Made by a program: the position numbers and the translations under genes. A DNA stretch of 64,000 nucleotides. Origin: Minisyncoccota bacterium (GTDB lineage: Bacteria > Patescibacteriota > Minisyncoccia > Moranbacterales > UBA2206). Location: the NCBI GenBank assembly GCA_031291955.1, contig JARLIA010000015.1, positions 54,204 through 118,203 of the forward strand, given 5' to 3'. Each line of letters opens with the position of its first letter. Positions within the stretch are counted from its first letter, which is position 1. Shown here piece after piece: positions 55,354-64,000 of this stretch. Below the pieces are notes generated by a model, which was not told the origin of the DNA, searched no databases, and worked only from the letters and a program-made list of their open reading frames with translations.

Positions 55354-55448
55354 GTTTCTCAGATAGCAAAACCGGAACAACTAAGGTTCCGGTTTTTTGT
55401 TGACTAAGCGAGAGCGCTTTGATAGTATTAGATATAGATTTTTTATTT

Positions 55449-55519
55449 GGTCCGATGGCCGAGCAGTTAGGCAAAGGTCTGCAAAACCTTCTACAGCGGT
55501 GCGACTCCGCTTCGGACCT
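55449..55519 (+). tRNA. tRNA-Cys(GCA).
   Basis: GGTCCGA TGGCCGAGCAGTTAGGC A AAGGT CTGCAAA ACCTT CTACA GCGGTGCGACTCCGC TCGGACC T. Confidence 0.8.
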
Positions 55520-55523
55520 CAAA

Positions 55524-55607
55524 ATCAGACTTCGGGCGAGTGGTGAAATTGGTATACACGCTAGACTTAAAATCTGGTGGCCGAAAAGCCTTGCGGGTTC
55601 GAGTCCC
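55524..55607 (+). tRNA. tRNA-Leu(TAA).
   Basis: GGGCGAG TGGTGAAATTGGTATACAC G CTAGA CTTAAAA TCTGG, a long variable arm, then GCGGGTTCGAGTCCCGC CTCGCCC A. Confidence 0.85.
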
Positions 55608-55611
55608 GCCT

Positions 55612-55645
55612 CGCCCACAGCAAAAAATCGCTTCGGAGGCGATTT
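55612..55645. terminator. Terminator hairpin after the tRNA-Cys/tRNA-Leu pair; it overlaps the udg stop on the opposite strand.
   Basis: aaatcgc/gcgattt stem with loop ttcggag, then TATTTTTC. Confidence 0.6.
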
Positions 55646-56232
55646 TATTTTTCTTCTTGAATTTTCTTGATAATTTTTGGAATGCGTTTGAAGTCTTGGA
55701 TGAGGAGCTCGCGCATTGAGCCGTTGTAGAGCGCGGCGGCAGGATGATACAAAGTATAAAAAACTTGTTTACCGATGCCCTTGATCTCTCTCCGCATGGC
55801 TTTTCCGTGCACTTGGGAGATTTTTTGATTGGGTAGAAATCTTTCCATGGAATGCCGGCCGAGAGTGACGATCAGTTTCGGTTGGATAATTTTTATCTGT
55901 TCCAGCAGCCATGGCCAACAAGCGGCAGCTTCTTCGGGAAGAGGATCGCGATTGCCCGGCGGGCGGCATTTAACGACGTTGGCAATGTAGACGTCTTCCC
56001 GTTTAAGTTTAATGGCCTCTAGCATCTCGTCGAGAAACTTCCCGGCTGCGCCGACAAACGGCCGACCCAGCTCATCCTCCTTTTGTCCCGGTCCTTCGCC
56101 GATAAACATAACCTCAGCTTCGGCGCTGCCTTCGCCCGGCACAACATTCTTGCAACCAGAGCGGAGGGCGCATTGGGAGCAGGCGGACATTTTTTTATTC
56201 AGTTCGTCAAGGAGAAATTGTTTGGATGACAT
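55645..56232 (-). CDS. udg: Uracil-DNA glycosylase, family 4.
   Basis: Cys cluster CSQCALRSGCKNVVPGEG, GEGPG motif and a C-terminal HPAAALY box. Confidence 0.85.
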   Translation of the reverse strand: MSSKQFLLDELNKKMSACSQCALRSGCKNVVPGEGSAEAEVMFIGEGPGQKEDELGRPFVGAAGKFLDEMLEAIKLKREDVYIANVVKCRPPGNRDPLPEEAAACWPWLLEQIKIIQPKLIVTLGRHSMERFLPNQKISQVHGKAMRREIKGIGKQVFYTLYHPAAALYNGSMRELLIQDFKRIPKIIKKIQEEK

Positions 56233-56246
56233 ATGAATAAAATTTT

Positions 56247-56750
56247 TTATTTCAAATCATGCACCCGCACCAGGCTAAATTTATCATTTCCCGTGTTCCA
56301 GACCGCAAACGTCGGCAAATAGATCTCGCCGGCTACGTTGCCCGGGTTTAACACCTTGCAATTGCCAACCATTTCTTCCCAAGGTTTGTGAGTGTGGCCA
56401 TAAAAAACGAAATCGTATTTTTCAGTGAGAGCCAAATGTTTCGCGTCTTCCGGAAAGTGGACGAAAGAGATCCTTTTTCCGCCAAGAATTGTTTCGCCGA
56501 AATCTTTATATAAAATGGCATTTTTATAAACATCTGCAAATTTGAAATCGCGCAACTGGTCGTTGTCCATATTGCCGAAAGTATAGTGGATATGGCCGGC
56601 GAAATTATCAGTGAGATATTCCAGAGTTTCGGCTGAAGCCAGGTCACCGCAACAGATGACAGTTTCAATTTCTTTTTCCGCGCAATAACGCAGAACCTTT
56701 TCGAGGTTAGTGGTGTTATTGTGGATGTCGGAAATGATAGCTACAAGCAT
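56247..56750 (-). CDS. YfcE-like metallophosphoesterase.
   Basis: ISDIHNN...GDL...GNMD...GHTH are the calcineurin-like MPP motifs. 167 aa. Confidence 0.78.
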   Translation of the reverse strand: MLVAIISDIHNNTTNLEKVLRYCAEKEIETVICCGDLASAETLEYLTDNFAGHIHYTFGNMDNDQLRDFKFADVYKNAILYKDFGETILGGKRISFVHFPEDAKHLALTEKYDFVFYGHTHKPWEEMVGNCKVLNPGNVAGEIYLPTFAVWNTGNDKFSLVRVHDLK

Positions 56751-56754
56751 AATT

Positions 56755-57576
56755 TTAACCGCGTAACTTTTTTAGTAATGAGATATCCTCCTTCACCTTA
56801 TCATGCTCTGTCTCCAGAATCATATCGATGTCATTCTTTTCGGCGAAAGCCACGATGTTTTTGAAAGCAGGAAGATCGATCTGACCTTCGCCGATGTGGG
56901 CATGGCGGTCGCGGCGAGAATTAAATTCGGTTTGAGAATCATTGGCGTGGAACAGTTTTATTTTATCAATGCCTAGTTCTTTGTCTATCCGGGAAATAGT
57001 CTTATCAAAATCGCGCCAGTCATAGCCGGAAGCAAAACTGTGCTGCGTATCCAGACACACGCCGGCAATCGCCGAAGAATTTACGCCTTTAATAATTTCC
57101 GCAAGTTCGGCGAGATTAGCGCCGATAATAGCTCCCGCGCCGGCGCTGTTTTCTAAAAGTAATTTGGTTTCTCCTTTGTATCCATCTAAACATTTCTTGA
57201 GCATCTCGATAGTTTTTTCGCGCGCTTCTTTTTCGCCCAAATCTTTGGCGGTGCCAAGATGAGTCATGACAAATTTAGCGCCGATAAGATTTCCTCGTTC
57301 CAGTTCGTCGCGGACAACAGAGACTGAGCCATAGCGAATCCGGTTATTGCTTGAAGCGAAATTGATGTAATACGGAGTATGAATATATGTATCGCGAATC
57401 ACATAACGCGCAACGTGAAACGCAAATTCTTTAATAATTTCCGGTGTGAATTCTGGCGCTTTTCCACCTTGCGGGGAGCGGGTGAAGATCTGCATCGTCT
57501 CGCAACCTAAATCCGCCGCTCTTTCGGGAGCATTGAAGATTCCGCCGGCGATGGAAACGTGAGCACCTATATTCAT
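56755..57576 (-). CDS. nfo: Endonuclease IV (AP endonuclease, xylose-isomerase-like TIM barrel).
   Basis: MNIGAHVSIAGG...QIFTRSPQGG...HANDS... is the Nfo signature. Confidence 0.85.
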   Translation of the reverse strand: MNIGAHVSIAGGIFNAPERAADLGCETMQIFTRSPQGGKAPEFTPEIIKEFAFHVARYVIRDTYIHTPYYINFASSNNRIRYGSVSVVRDELERGNLIGAKFVMTHLGTAKDLGEKEAREKTIEMLKKCLDGYKGETKLLLENSAGAGAIIGANLAELAEIIKGVNSSAIAGVCLDTQHSFASGYDWRDFDKTISRIDKELGIDKIKLFHANDSQTEFNSRRDRHAHIGEGQIDLPAFKNIVAFAEKNDIDMILETEHDKVKEDISLLKKLRG

Positions 57577-57761
57577 AGTAGCAAAGTTATTTTACTGGGA
57601 CACTTTTATTTTAACACATAATGCCTATCAATAAGTCAATTACTCAAATTTCTAATTTCTAATTTTCAATTTCTAAACAATTTTCAATGATTGAATTATC
57701 AAACCAGTTTTTAATTGAAAAATTAAAAATTGTTTGAAAATTGCAAATTGAAAATTGAAAA

Positions 57762-58721
57762 TTATTCCACCTTCCATCCATCTTCCGTTTCAACTATCTT
57801 GCCCTTGATTTCAAATCCGCTGGCCAGCTTATGGCCGCCGCCGCCGAAAAGGGCAGCAATTTTTGAAACATCCGCGCCTTTATATTCCTCACTCCGAAGA
57901 CTCCCTTTGATGACACCGCCTTCCCGTTCGGACAATATTAAGGAAAATTTGGTGCCTGGGACGGTATTCAGGATTCCAGCCACCTGAGAAATGTCATCGG
58001 TCCCGGCATCGCACTCATCCAGTTCTTGCTGAGTGAGAACGGAAACAATCATGCCGTTTTCCGGATTTATCTTGGCTTTTTCAAAGGCTTTTCCCCAAAG
58101 TTTCAGGGTGGAAATTTTTTTATTAGTAAAAGTCATTTCCACGATTTTGGCCAGCGGAGCGCCCAGTTTCATGAGCTGTGAGGCAATTTCCATTACGCGC
58201 GGCGTGGTATTGGAATGCTGGAACATGCCGGTGTCGCCCATGATACCGAGCATAAGATAGGTGGCCATCTGGCGATTGAGTGGAATCTTTTGGCTTTCGA
58301 AAAAATTGAAAACAATTTCGCAGACCGAAGAGAAGGCCGGGTCGATAATGTTGATGTCGCCAGTCAGCGTGATGTCCGGATGATGGTCAAGGATGGCAAT
58401 GACCGGCTTCTCGCCAAACTGGTCTTTGATTTTGTGAAAACCGCGTTCGACAGAGTCGGCGGCGATAACCAGATCATATTTAGCCAGATCAAGATGGGCC
58501 GGATATTCGAAATGATTCTGCGACAAGGGCAAAAGATATTCAGGAAAGGGATCAAGACACGCTACATCCGCGTTTTTCCCGATATTTTTGATATATTCAT
58601 GGAGCGCCAAAACAGATCCGGTGGTGTCAGAATCGGGACGCGAGTGAGCGAAAAGAAGAATATTTTCGGAATTTAAGATGGCGTAATTTAGAGTGTGAAA
58701 CTCTTTGGCGAAGTTTGTCAT
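57762..58721 (-). CDS. nrnA: DHH/DHHA1 bifunctional oligoribonuclease / pAp phosphatase (NrnA-like).
   Basis: HSRPDSDTTGS, DHH and GGGGH motifs. 319 aa. Confidence 0.8.
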   Translation of the reverse strand: MTNFAKEFHTLNYAILNSENILLFAHSRPDSDTTGSVLALHEYIKNIGKNADVACLDPFPEYLLPLSQNHFEYPAHLDLAKYDLVIAADSVERGFHKIKDQFGEKPVIAILDHHPDITLTGDINIIDPAFSSVCEIVFNFFESQKIPLNRQMATYLMLGIMGDTGMFQHSNTTPRVMEIASQLMKLGAPLAKIVEMTFTNKKISTLKLWGKAFEKAKINPENGMIVSVLTQQELDECDAGTDDISQVAGILNTVPGTKFSLILSEREGGVIKGSLRSEEYKGADVSKIAALFGGGGHKLASGFEIKGKIVETEDGWKVE

Positions 58722-58749
58722 AATACCGATTCGAATCTACGAATGCCGG

Positions 58750-59079
58750 TTATAGTTCTTTTAGCAGTTTTTCAATTTCGTCGGCTTTCGATTCGGTGAG
58801 ATCAACTTTGAATTCAACGCGCGGAAGCGGTTTCATGTGGAGTTTTCGATTCAGTTCTCCCTGTATTTTATACAATTCGCGAGTCAAAGTCTTCAGAGCA
58901 TAACTAATCTCTTTTTCCGGAAAAATACTGACGAATATTCGAGTATAGCGGAGGTCGGCCGTAGTGTCAACCTTGGAGATCGTAACAAAAACCCCTTCTT
59001 TCAGAGAGAGGTCTTTGAGGATAATTTCACCGATATTCTGCTTTATGAGTTCGTTGATTTTTTCGATACGTAATGACAT
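58750..59079 (-). CDS. rbfA: Ribosome-binding factor A.
   Basis: RIEKINELIKQNIGEIIL...VTISKVDTTADLRYTRIFVS...RVEFKVD is RbfA. Downstream of infB as usual. Confidence 0.88.
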   Translation of the reverse strand: MSLRIEKINELIKQNIGEIILKDLSLKEGVFVTISKVDTTADLRYTRIFVSIFPEKEISYALKTLTRELYKIQGELNRKLHMKPLPRVEFKVDLTESKADEIEKLLKEL

Positions 59080-59095
59080 GAAGAATTTTAAATTT

Positions 59096-60874
59096 TTACA
59101 AAGCTCTTTTTTTTACTTCTTCCTTATAGCTCAACAGCACATCACCGACTTTGATTTTCGTTTCACCCAAGAAAGTTACGCCGCATTCTTTTCCGCTGAC
59201 ACACTCATCCACATTGACTTTGTTTTCTTGAAGATTTGAGAGTTTTCCTTTGCCAATCACATTGTCATTCCGAGTCACTTCAATGAGCGATCCATTAGCC
59301 ATCTTACCGGAAGAGATCTTTCCTCCGATAATCATATCGCCGTGCCCGGTTTTGAAAATAGCCAACACTTGAAGTTTTCCAAAGTCAGTCCGCTCGACAA
59401 TGGGCGGCAACATGGCAACTAACTTGTTTTTAATGTCTTCTACCAGTTCGTAAATGACCTTATAATTCTTAATCTCTACATTTGAGGCTTCGGCCATCCG
59501 TTTGGCAACCGGCGTAGTGTCGACATTAAAACCATAGACAATCGCCTTGGCGCTGGCGGCTAACCGCACGTCCGATTCGGTAATATTGCCCACGCCGATG
59601 CCGATGTAATCAAGAGCCACTTCATCAGACTTGATTTCGCCTAAAATCTGCTGAATTGCCTCCAAAGAACCTTGCACGTCCGATTTGAGAAGAATGTTGA
59701 ACCTCTGAATTTTCTCATCAGCGATGGTTTTCATGAGAGTCTTGGCGCTTAGGGCTTCGTGCTCGAGGGTTTTCTGAAGACGCCCGGTGTGCATTCGGGA
59801 ATGGGCACCCGTTTTTTCCACCACCATTTGCAAAATATCATTTGAATTGGGCGCGGTTGAGAGGCCAATGATGCTGACCGGGGCTGATGGTCCGGCTTCA
59901 TTCATGCGTTGGCCCTTGAAATCTTCGATGCGACGCACCCGACCCACAGCCGAACCAGCCACGATATCCTGGCCTTCTTTGAGCGTTCCGGTCTTGACCA
60001 GGACGGTCGCTACCGGGCCTTTTTGCGGATCAAGATGGGACTCCAAAACGATACCCAGCGGTTCTCTTTTATAATTAGCCTTGAAATCTTCCACCTCCGC
60101 AACGAGCAAAATATTATCCAGCAGATCATCGATCCCGATATTTTGCTTGGCGCTAATCTTGGAAACCAAAACCTGTCCACCCCATTCTTCCAAGAGAATT
60201 CCATGATCAGCCAGTTCTTGTTTGACTCTCTGCGGGTTGGCTTCCGGTTTATCGATTTTATTAATGGCTACGACAGTTGGAATTTTTTTAGCCAGAAGAT
60301 ATTCAATCACTTCTTTGGTCTGGGGCCGCACGCCGTCATCGGCTGCTACCACTAAAACAGCGATATCGGCAATGGAGACGCCGCGTTCCCGCATAGCGCT
60401 GAAGGCTTCGTGACCGGGAGTGTCGACAAAAGTGATCAGTTGGCCCTTTTTCTTGACTTGATAGGCACTGATGTGCTGAGTGATTCCACCCGACTCCTTG
60501 GCGGCGACGTTAGCCTTCCGGATAGTATCCAAAAGCGTCGTTTTGCCATGGTCGACATGGCCCAGAATGGTAACGATCGGTGGGCGGCTTTTCAAATTTT
60601 CACCGGATTCCTTTTCTTTCTTTATGATCTCGTTCAATTTCTCAATGGTCATTTCGGTCCCAGTATCAACAGCCTCTTCAGAAACTTCATAACCCAGATC
60701 GGAGGCGATAATGGAGGCGGTCTCAAAATCAATCCGCTCATTAATGGTGGCCAGAATACCGTTTTTCATGAGTTCCGTGATTACCACGTTTATCGGCAAG
60801 CTCAAAATCTCGCTGAATTTTTTTACAGTAATGGATCTTGGCAGAGATATTTTTTTGGCGATAGTATCTGGCAT
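59096..60874 (-). CDS. infB: Translation initiation factor IF-2 (short form).
   Basis: GTP-binding domain ([21 protein letters not shown]) and IF-2 domains II-IV. 592 aa. Confidence 0.95.
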   Translation of the reverse strand: MPDTIAKKISLPRSITVKKFSEILSLPINVVITELMKNGILATINERIDFETASIIASDLGYEVSEEAVDTGTEMTIEKLNEIIKKEKESGENLKSRPPIVTILGHVDHGKTTLLDTIRKANVAAKESGGITQHISAYQVKKKGQLITFVDTPGHEAFSAMRERGVSIADIAVLVVAADDGVRPQTKEVIEYLLAKKIPTVVAINKIDKPEANPQRVKQELADHGILLEEWGGQVLVSKISAKQNIGIDDLLDNILLVAEVEDFKANYKREPLGIVLESHLDPQKGPVATVLVKTGTLKEGQDIVAGSAVGRVRRIEDFKGQRMNEAGPSAPVSIIGLSTAPNSNDILQMVVEKTGAHSRMHTGRLQKTLEHEALSAKTLMKTIADEKIQRFNILLKSDVQGSLEAIQQILGEIKSDEVALDYIGIGVGNITESDVRLAASAKAIVYGFNVDTTPVAKRMAEASNVEIKNYKVIYELVEDIKNKLVAMLPPIVERTDFGKLQVLAIFKTGHGDMIIGGKISSGKMANGSLIEVTRNDNVIGKGKLSNLQENKVNVDECVSGKECGVTFLGETKIKVGDVLLSYKEEVKKRAL

Positions 60875-60908
60875 AATATATTTTCTAAGGTTCTTTAGAA
60901 TATTTAAG

Positions 60909-61424
60909 TTATTTAAGTTTCTTATCCTGGCTTATCGCCATTTCAATCGCCTTCTTCTCCTCCTCCGTCAATGGATGCTTTTCCGATTGACCGGCTGTAA
61001 TAAATTTGGCGTAAACGCGAGCGCCTTCCCGGGTATAGAGCGAGCTCAAAGTGAGACCGTTGCTCTTGCCATCCAAGAGGGCAATGGCAAAGCTCTGGTC
61101 GCCGCCAACATCCTTGAAAGGATTAAAGCGCACAAAGCCCATTTTGTGAAAACCGCGACTTGCCAGACGATTGATCTGATTCGAGATATTATACAACTCC
61201 TGGATATCTTTGTCCAGCGTTTTCAACGCTTGGACATGGGCAAGAAGCAAGTCCTCGACATTGGCGACTTTCCGGCCGGAAAAAAGCTCGGCATTCCTTT
61301 TTTTGAATTTTTGAAGTTGAACTTGCTGAACGCCGTTCCAAACAATCAGAAAAACAAGCAAAAGAAGAAATGCTCCAAAAATATAGGACAAATTGTTTTG
61401 TAAAATGTTTCCCAAACTAGCCAT
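60909..61424 (-). CDS. DUF4446-family protein.
   Basis: N-terminal TM helix plus FVRFNPFKDVGGDQSFAIALLD...LSSLYTREGARVYAKFI, which I recognise as the DUF4446 pattern. Confidence 0.5.
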   Translation of the reverse strand: MASLGNILQNNLSYIFGAFLLLLVFLIVWNGVQQVQLQKFKKRNAELFSGRKVANVEDLLLAHVQALKTLDKDIQELYNISNQINRLASRGFHKMGFVRFNPFKDVGGDQSFAIALLDGKSNGLTLSSLYTREGARVYAKFITAGQSEKHPLTEEEKKAIEMAISQDKKLK

Positions 61425-61569
61425 AAAATTTCCCGCAATCGTTCCGGTTGCTTATCCCAGGCTAGCATCTAATGGGCTTTGTGTAAAGTTTTAATGCGAC
61501 AAAATGTCGCCTTCGCGAACATTCGACGGACTGTGTCACGCCGAAGGTTCGCTACTGCGAACCGAAGGC

Positions 61570-61656
61570 GGAAGCGGAGGGATTCGAACCCCCGGTACCC
61601 TTTCGGATACAGCAGTTTTCGAAACTGCCCCATTCGACCACTCTGGCACGCTTCCG
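61570..61656 (-). tRNA. tRNA-Ser(CGA).
   Basis: Reverse complement is GGAAGCG TGCCAGAGTGGTCGAATGG G GCAGT TTCGAAA ACTGC, a long variable arm TGTATCCGAAAGGGTACC, then GGGGGTTCGAATCCCTC CGCTTCC G. Confidence 0.85.
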
Positions 61657-61751
61657 TGTCACACTAGTTTAATTTAAAATAAATATCGGAATAAATCAAA
61701 CGCCTTTCCGATTTGAGCTTGAATTGAACACCGTAATCGGATAGTATAAGG

Positions 61752-63476
61752 ATGTCAGGCCTAAACATTTTTCACATCCGGATGAGAAAAAAAATTCTTG
61801 AATTTGCAAGATTAAATCCCGGATTCTTGTTTCTGGCGGCCTATGGTATTTTTTCAGCGTTCTATAAGACCGCCGGCAGCTTTGCAACAGACGAAGCAAT
61901 CTACGGACAAGTGGCCCGAGAAAGCCTTCTGAGCCATTCTTTTTTGATTCTCCATTGGCAAGGACTATTGTGGTTTGAAAAACCGCCTCTTTTCATTTGG
62001 CTCACCGCCCTTGCTTTCAAATTGTTTGGATTTTCAGAAGCGGCGGCCCGCGTTTTCCCTGGACTTTTTTCCCTGGCCTCGACAGCAATTTTATATTTCC
62101 TGGCTAGAGACATTTTCAAAAGCAAAATGGCCGGATTTTTCTCCGGCTTTATTTTTTTGACCATCCCGCTTATTCATCTATATTCCCGTTCCGCCATGAT
62201 GGATATTCCGGTTGGGACCTTTGATATTCTGACAGTCTGGGGGATTTGGAAAATTTTTCACGGAGAAACTAAATGGTGGCTAACTGTCGGTCTCTCCTTG
62301 GGACTCTCAGTTATGACCAAAAGCGTGGTCGGTTTTTTGCCACTGGCGCTTTTTCCTCTCATGAGCATTGTTTTAAAAAAATATAATATATATGAAGAGC
62401 GTTATTTCTGGAAAGGACTCGGCGTCTTTTTTTTAATCAGTCTTCCTTGGCACGCGTACATGACCTGGCGATATGGCCAGACTTTTTGGGACATATATCT
62501 CGGTTTCCATGTCTTTTCCCGATTTTTTCGGCCCATTCTGCCTCATCCCTGGCAGAACAACAGTCCCTGGGCCTACTTTACACTGCTTGAAGAACGAAGC
62601 GGGCTCTGGATCTGGGTATTTTTAATTCTAACTTCAGCCTTGTTGGGAATTTTTTTTATTTCAATTCGAAATAAAAAATTTAATCCGGAAAATGTCATCA
62701 GCCAGGAATTCATTTCTTGGGCCAAAGAAAACAAAAAAGGCTGGTTCTTCTTATATGGCTGGCTATTGATTGTCTTTTTGCCATTTTTACTGGCGGAAAC
62801 CAAACTGCCGAATTATATGGTGCTGGTTTATTATCCGCTGTCGATTTTGACCGGAGGATTTCTGGCTTACCTTTTCAAGCGGAGCAAACCAATCTCGCTT
62901 TTTCTTTTGGCGGCTGGCTCCCTTCTGAATTTCCTGCCGGAACTCCGTCTACGCACGTCGGATTTTGGAGAAGCGCACATTTTTTTCCCGGAATCGCTGA
63001 TTCACTTTCTCCACTTTGGCAACTTGGGATCAGAAGCGGCACTTGCGGCAGAAATAGCGGCACTGCTGGTGTTTTTCCGTCATTATCGCTCCCGGAAAAA
63101 CTATCTGAAAAACGCGGCTCTGGCGGCAATTATCGGCATGAATTTGCTTGTTCCCTTCAGCCCTCTCCGGAATGAATTTATCAAAAAGCTCGCCGGCGAT
63201 ATCAATGGCTACACCCAAAACCGGCCCATTGTTCTTTATATCATCGCCCAGTCCGACTATTACGCTTTCAATTGCGTCAGTCCGTTTTATTTGCCCCCGG
63301 GGTCGCGCGTGAAAAACGTCAATGAACAATCCGCCGAAATCATTCCCAAACAATCCGCTGACAGAAACAGCTTTTGCTTTTTTGAAAAAAATTTTTTGGG
63401 AAAAAACATCGCGGAGCAATCTCTGAAGCGATATCAATATGGCGCTCTGGTCGGTTGCCGCGCAAAAAACTTCTGA
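61752..63476 (+). CDS. Family 39/83 glycosyltransferase (ArnT / PMT_2-like dolichyl- or undecaprenyl-phosphate sugar transferase).
   Basis: About 12 TM helices, N-terminal DE motif region (ATDEAIYGQVARE) and typical PMT_2 loop patterns. 574 aa. Confidence 0.7.
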   Translation: MSGLNIFHIRMRKKILEFARLNPGFLFLAAYGIFSAFYKTAGSFATDEAIYGQVARESLLSHSFLILHWQGLLWFEKPPLFIWLTALAFKLFGFSEAAARVFPGLFSLASTAILYFLARDIFKSKMAGFFSGFIFLTIPLIHLYSRSAMMDIPVGTFDILTVWGIWKIFHGETKWWLTVGLSLGLSVMTKSVVGFLPLALFPLMSIVLKKYNIYEERYFWKGLGVFFLISLPWHAYMTWRYGQTFWDIYLGFHVFSRFFRPILPHPWQNNSPWAYFTLLEERSGLWIWVFLILTSALLGIFFISIRNKKFNPENVISQEFISWAKENKKGWFFLYGWLLIVFLPFLLAETKLPNYMVLVYYPLSILTGGFLAYLFKRSKPISLFLLAAGSLLNFLPELRLRTSDFGEAHIFFPESLIHFLHFGNLGSEAALAAEIAALLVFFRHYRSRKNYLKNAALAAIIGMNLLVPFSPLRNEFIKKLAGDINGYTQNRPIVLYIIAQSDYYAFNCVSPFYLPPGSRVKNVNEQSAEIIPKQSADRNSFCFFEKNFLGKNIAEQSLKRYQYGALVGCRAKNF

Positions 63477-63541
63477 AGCATATTGTTTGATTTTTGTTTT
63501 TGTTGTAAAATCAAAGCAAGCGATATCATCAAGAAAACAAA

Positions 63542-64000
63542 ATGAAAATGGAATCTTCAAATAAAACCGGAGTCTACGAAGCAAGGTTTATAAATCCGGA
63601 TTCTTTAATCGCCGAGCTGGGCATCGCCAAAGGCATGAAGGTGGCACATTTCGGTTGCAGCACCGGCCATTTCACTTTTGCCGCCGCCCGAGCAGTCGGC
63701 GAAAACGGGGAAGTGGAAGCTTTTGACGTGTTAGAGCAAAAAATTGATCTGGTCCGCGGACAAGCCAGAATCTTTGGACTGAATAATGTTATCGCGCGTC
63801 TGGCCAACTTGGAGGAACGCGATGGGTCGAAGCTTGCCGCCGAAAGCATGGATTGGGTTTTGATGATCAACATTCTTTATCAGAACGACAAGAAAAGCCG
63901 GATCATCGGAGAAGCCAAAAGAATTTTGAAACCGGACGGACATATCTTATTAGTAGAATGGGGCGCCGGCGATCTTTTGCTCGGACCGGAAAAAAACTCC
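63542..64000 (+). CDS. Class I SAM-dependent methyltransferase, 3'-partial (continues past the window end).
   Basis: Manual translation MKMESSNKTGVYEARFINPDSLIAELGIAKGMKVAHFGCSTGHFTFAAA...ILLVEWG. The xFGCGxG-like motif is the SAM-binding motif I. No stop occurs before position 64000. Confidence 0.6.
   Translation, partial: MKMESSNKTGVYEARFINPDSLIAELGIAKGMKVAHFGCSTGHFTFAAARAVGENGEVEAFDVLEQKIDLVRGQARIFGLNNVIARLANLEERDGSKLAAESMDWVLMINILYQNDKKSRIIGEAKRILKPDGHILLVEWGAGDLLLGPEKNS

Overview
The window is a 64-kb chromosomal segment with the look of a reduced Candidate Phyla Radiation / Patescibacteria-like genome. That taxonomic call is an inference from features, not a database hit.

The supporting features are: roughly 40% GC, genetic code 11 (long ORFs read through with standard stops), mostly short intergenic regions, and many secreted cell-wall-hydrolase-like proteins. 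Most tRNA genes here lack an encoded CCA, and a cca nucleotidyltransferase gene is present.

The backbone is housekeeping: rny, gpmI, clpP, tig, ppaC, nusA, comM, lspA, yraN, pnp, rplS, a rluD-like gene, folD-fhs, cca, gyrA, rpsA-cmk, tilS-ftsH, xer, pcrA, rpsO, udg, nfo, nrnA, rbfA and infB. I identify 17 tRNA genes plus one degenerate tRNA-like sequence.

Accessory content:
- An ISNCY-family (IS1202-group) insertion sequence, about 1.4 kb, with about 50-bp imperfect terminal inverted repeats and a 17-bp target duplication. It is inserted into the 3' end of the rluD-like gene.
- An AbiEi/AbiEii abortive-infection toxin-antitoxin pair with a clear sigma70-like promoter.
- A hicB antitoxin gene followed by a frameshifted hicA.
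- A LysM-CHAP peptidoglycan hydrolase next to a tyrosine recombinase and tRNA-Met.

The most unusual signal is an O-antigen-ligase-like membrane protein gene (35575-37200). It carries five copies of a perfect 18-bp palindrome, TTGTTCCACGTGGAACAA, one of them extended to 32 bp. The copies sit in two different reading frames and add short peptide segments (IVPRGT or FHVEQ) without breaking the ORF. This looks like an in-frame palindromic mobile repeat of the kind described for Rickettsia palindromic elements, but I cannot confirm that from sequence alone.

Other features the gene list does not explain:
- A roughly 146-bp nested near-perfect inverted repeat filling the fhs-folD spacer.
- A shared ACGAAATA direct repeat plus TTTCGTACTTTCG motif upstream of both yraN and fhs.
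- A dispersed AT-rich AATTTTGAATTTTGAATCAATT repeat family, one copy lying in-frame inside pcrA.
- Two long noncoding regions (1940-2436, GC-elevated; 16415-17186, with a perfect 22-bp hairpin) that may encode structured RNAs.
- A degenerate tRNA-like gene with an apparent 8-nt anticodon loop.

No rRNA or CRISPR array was seen.
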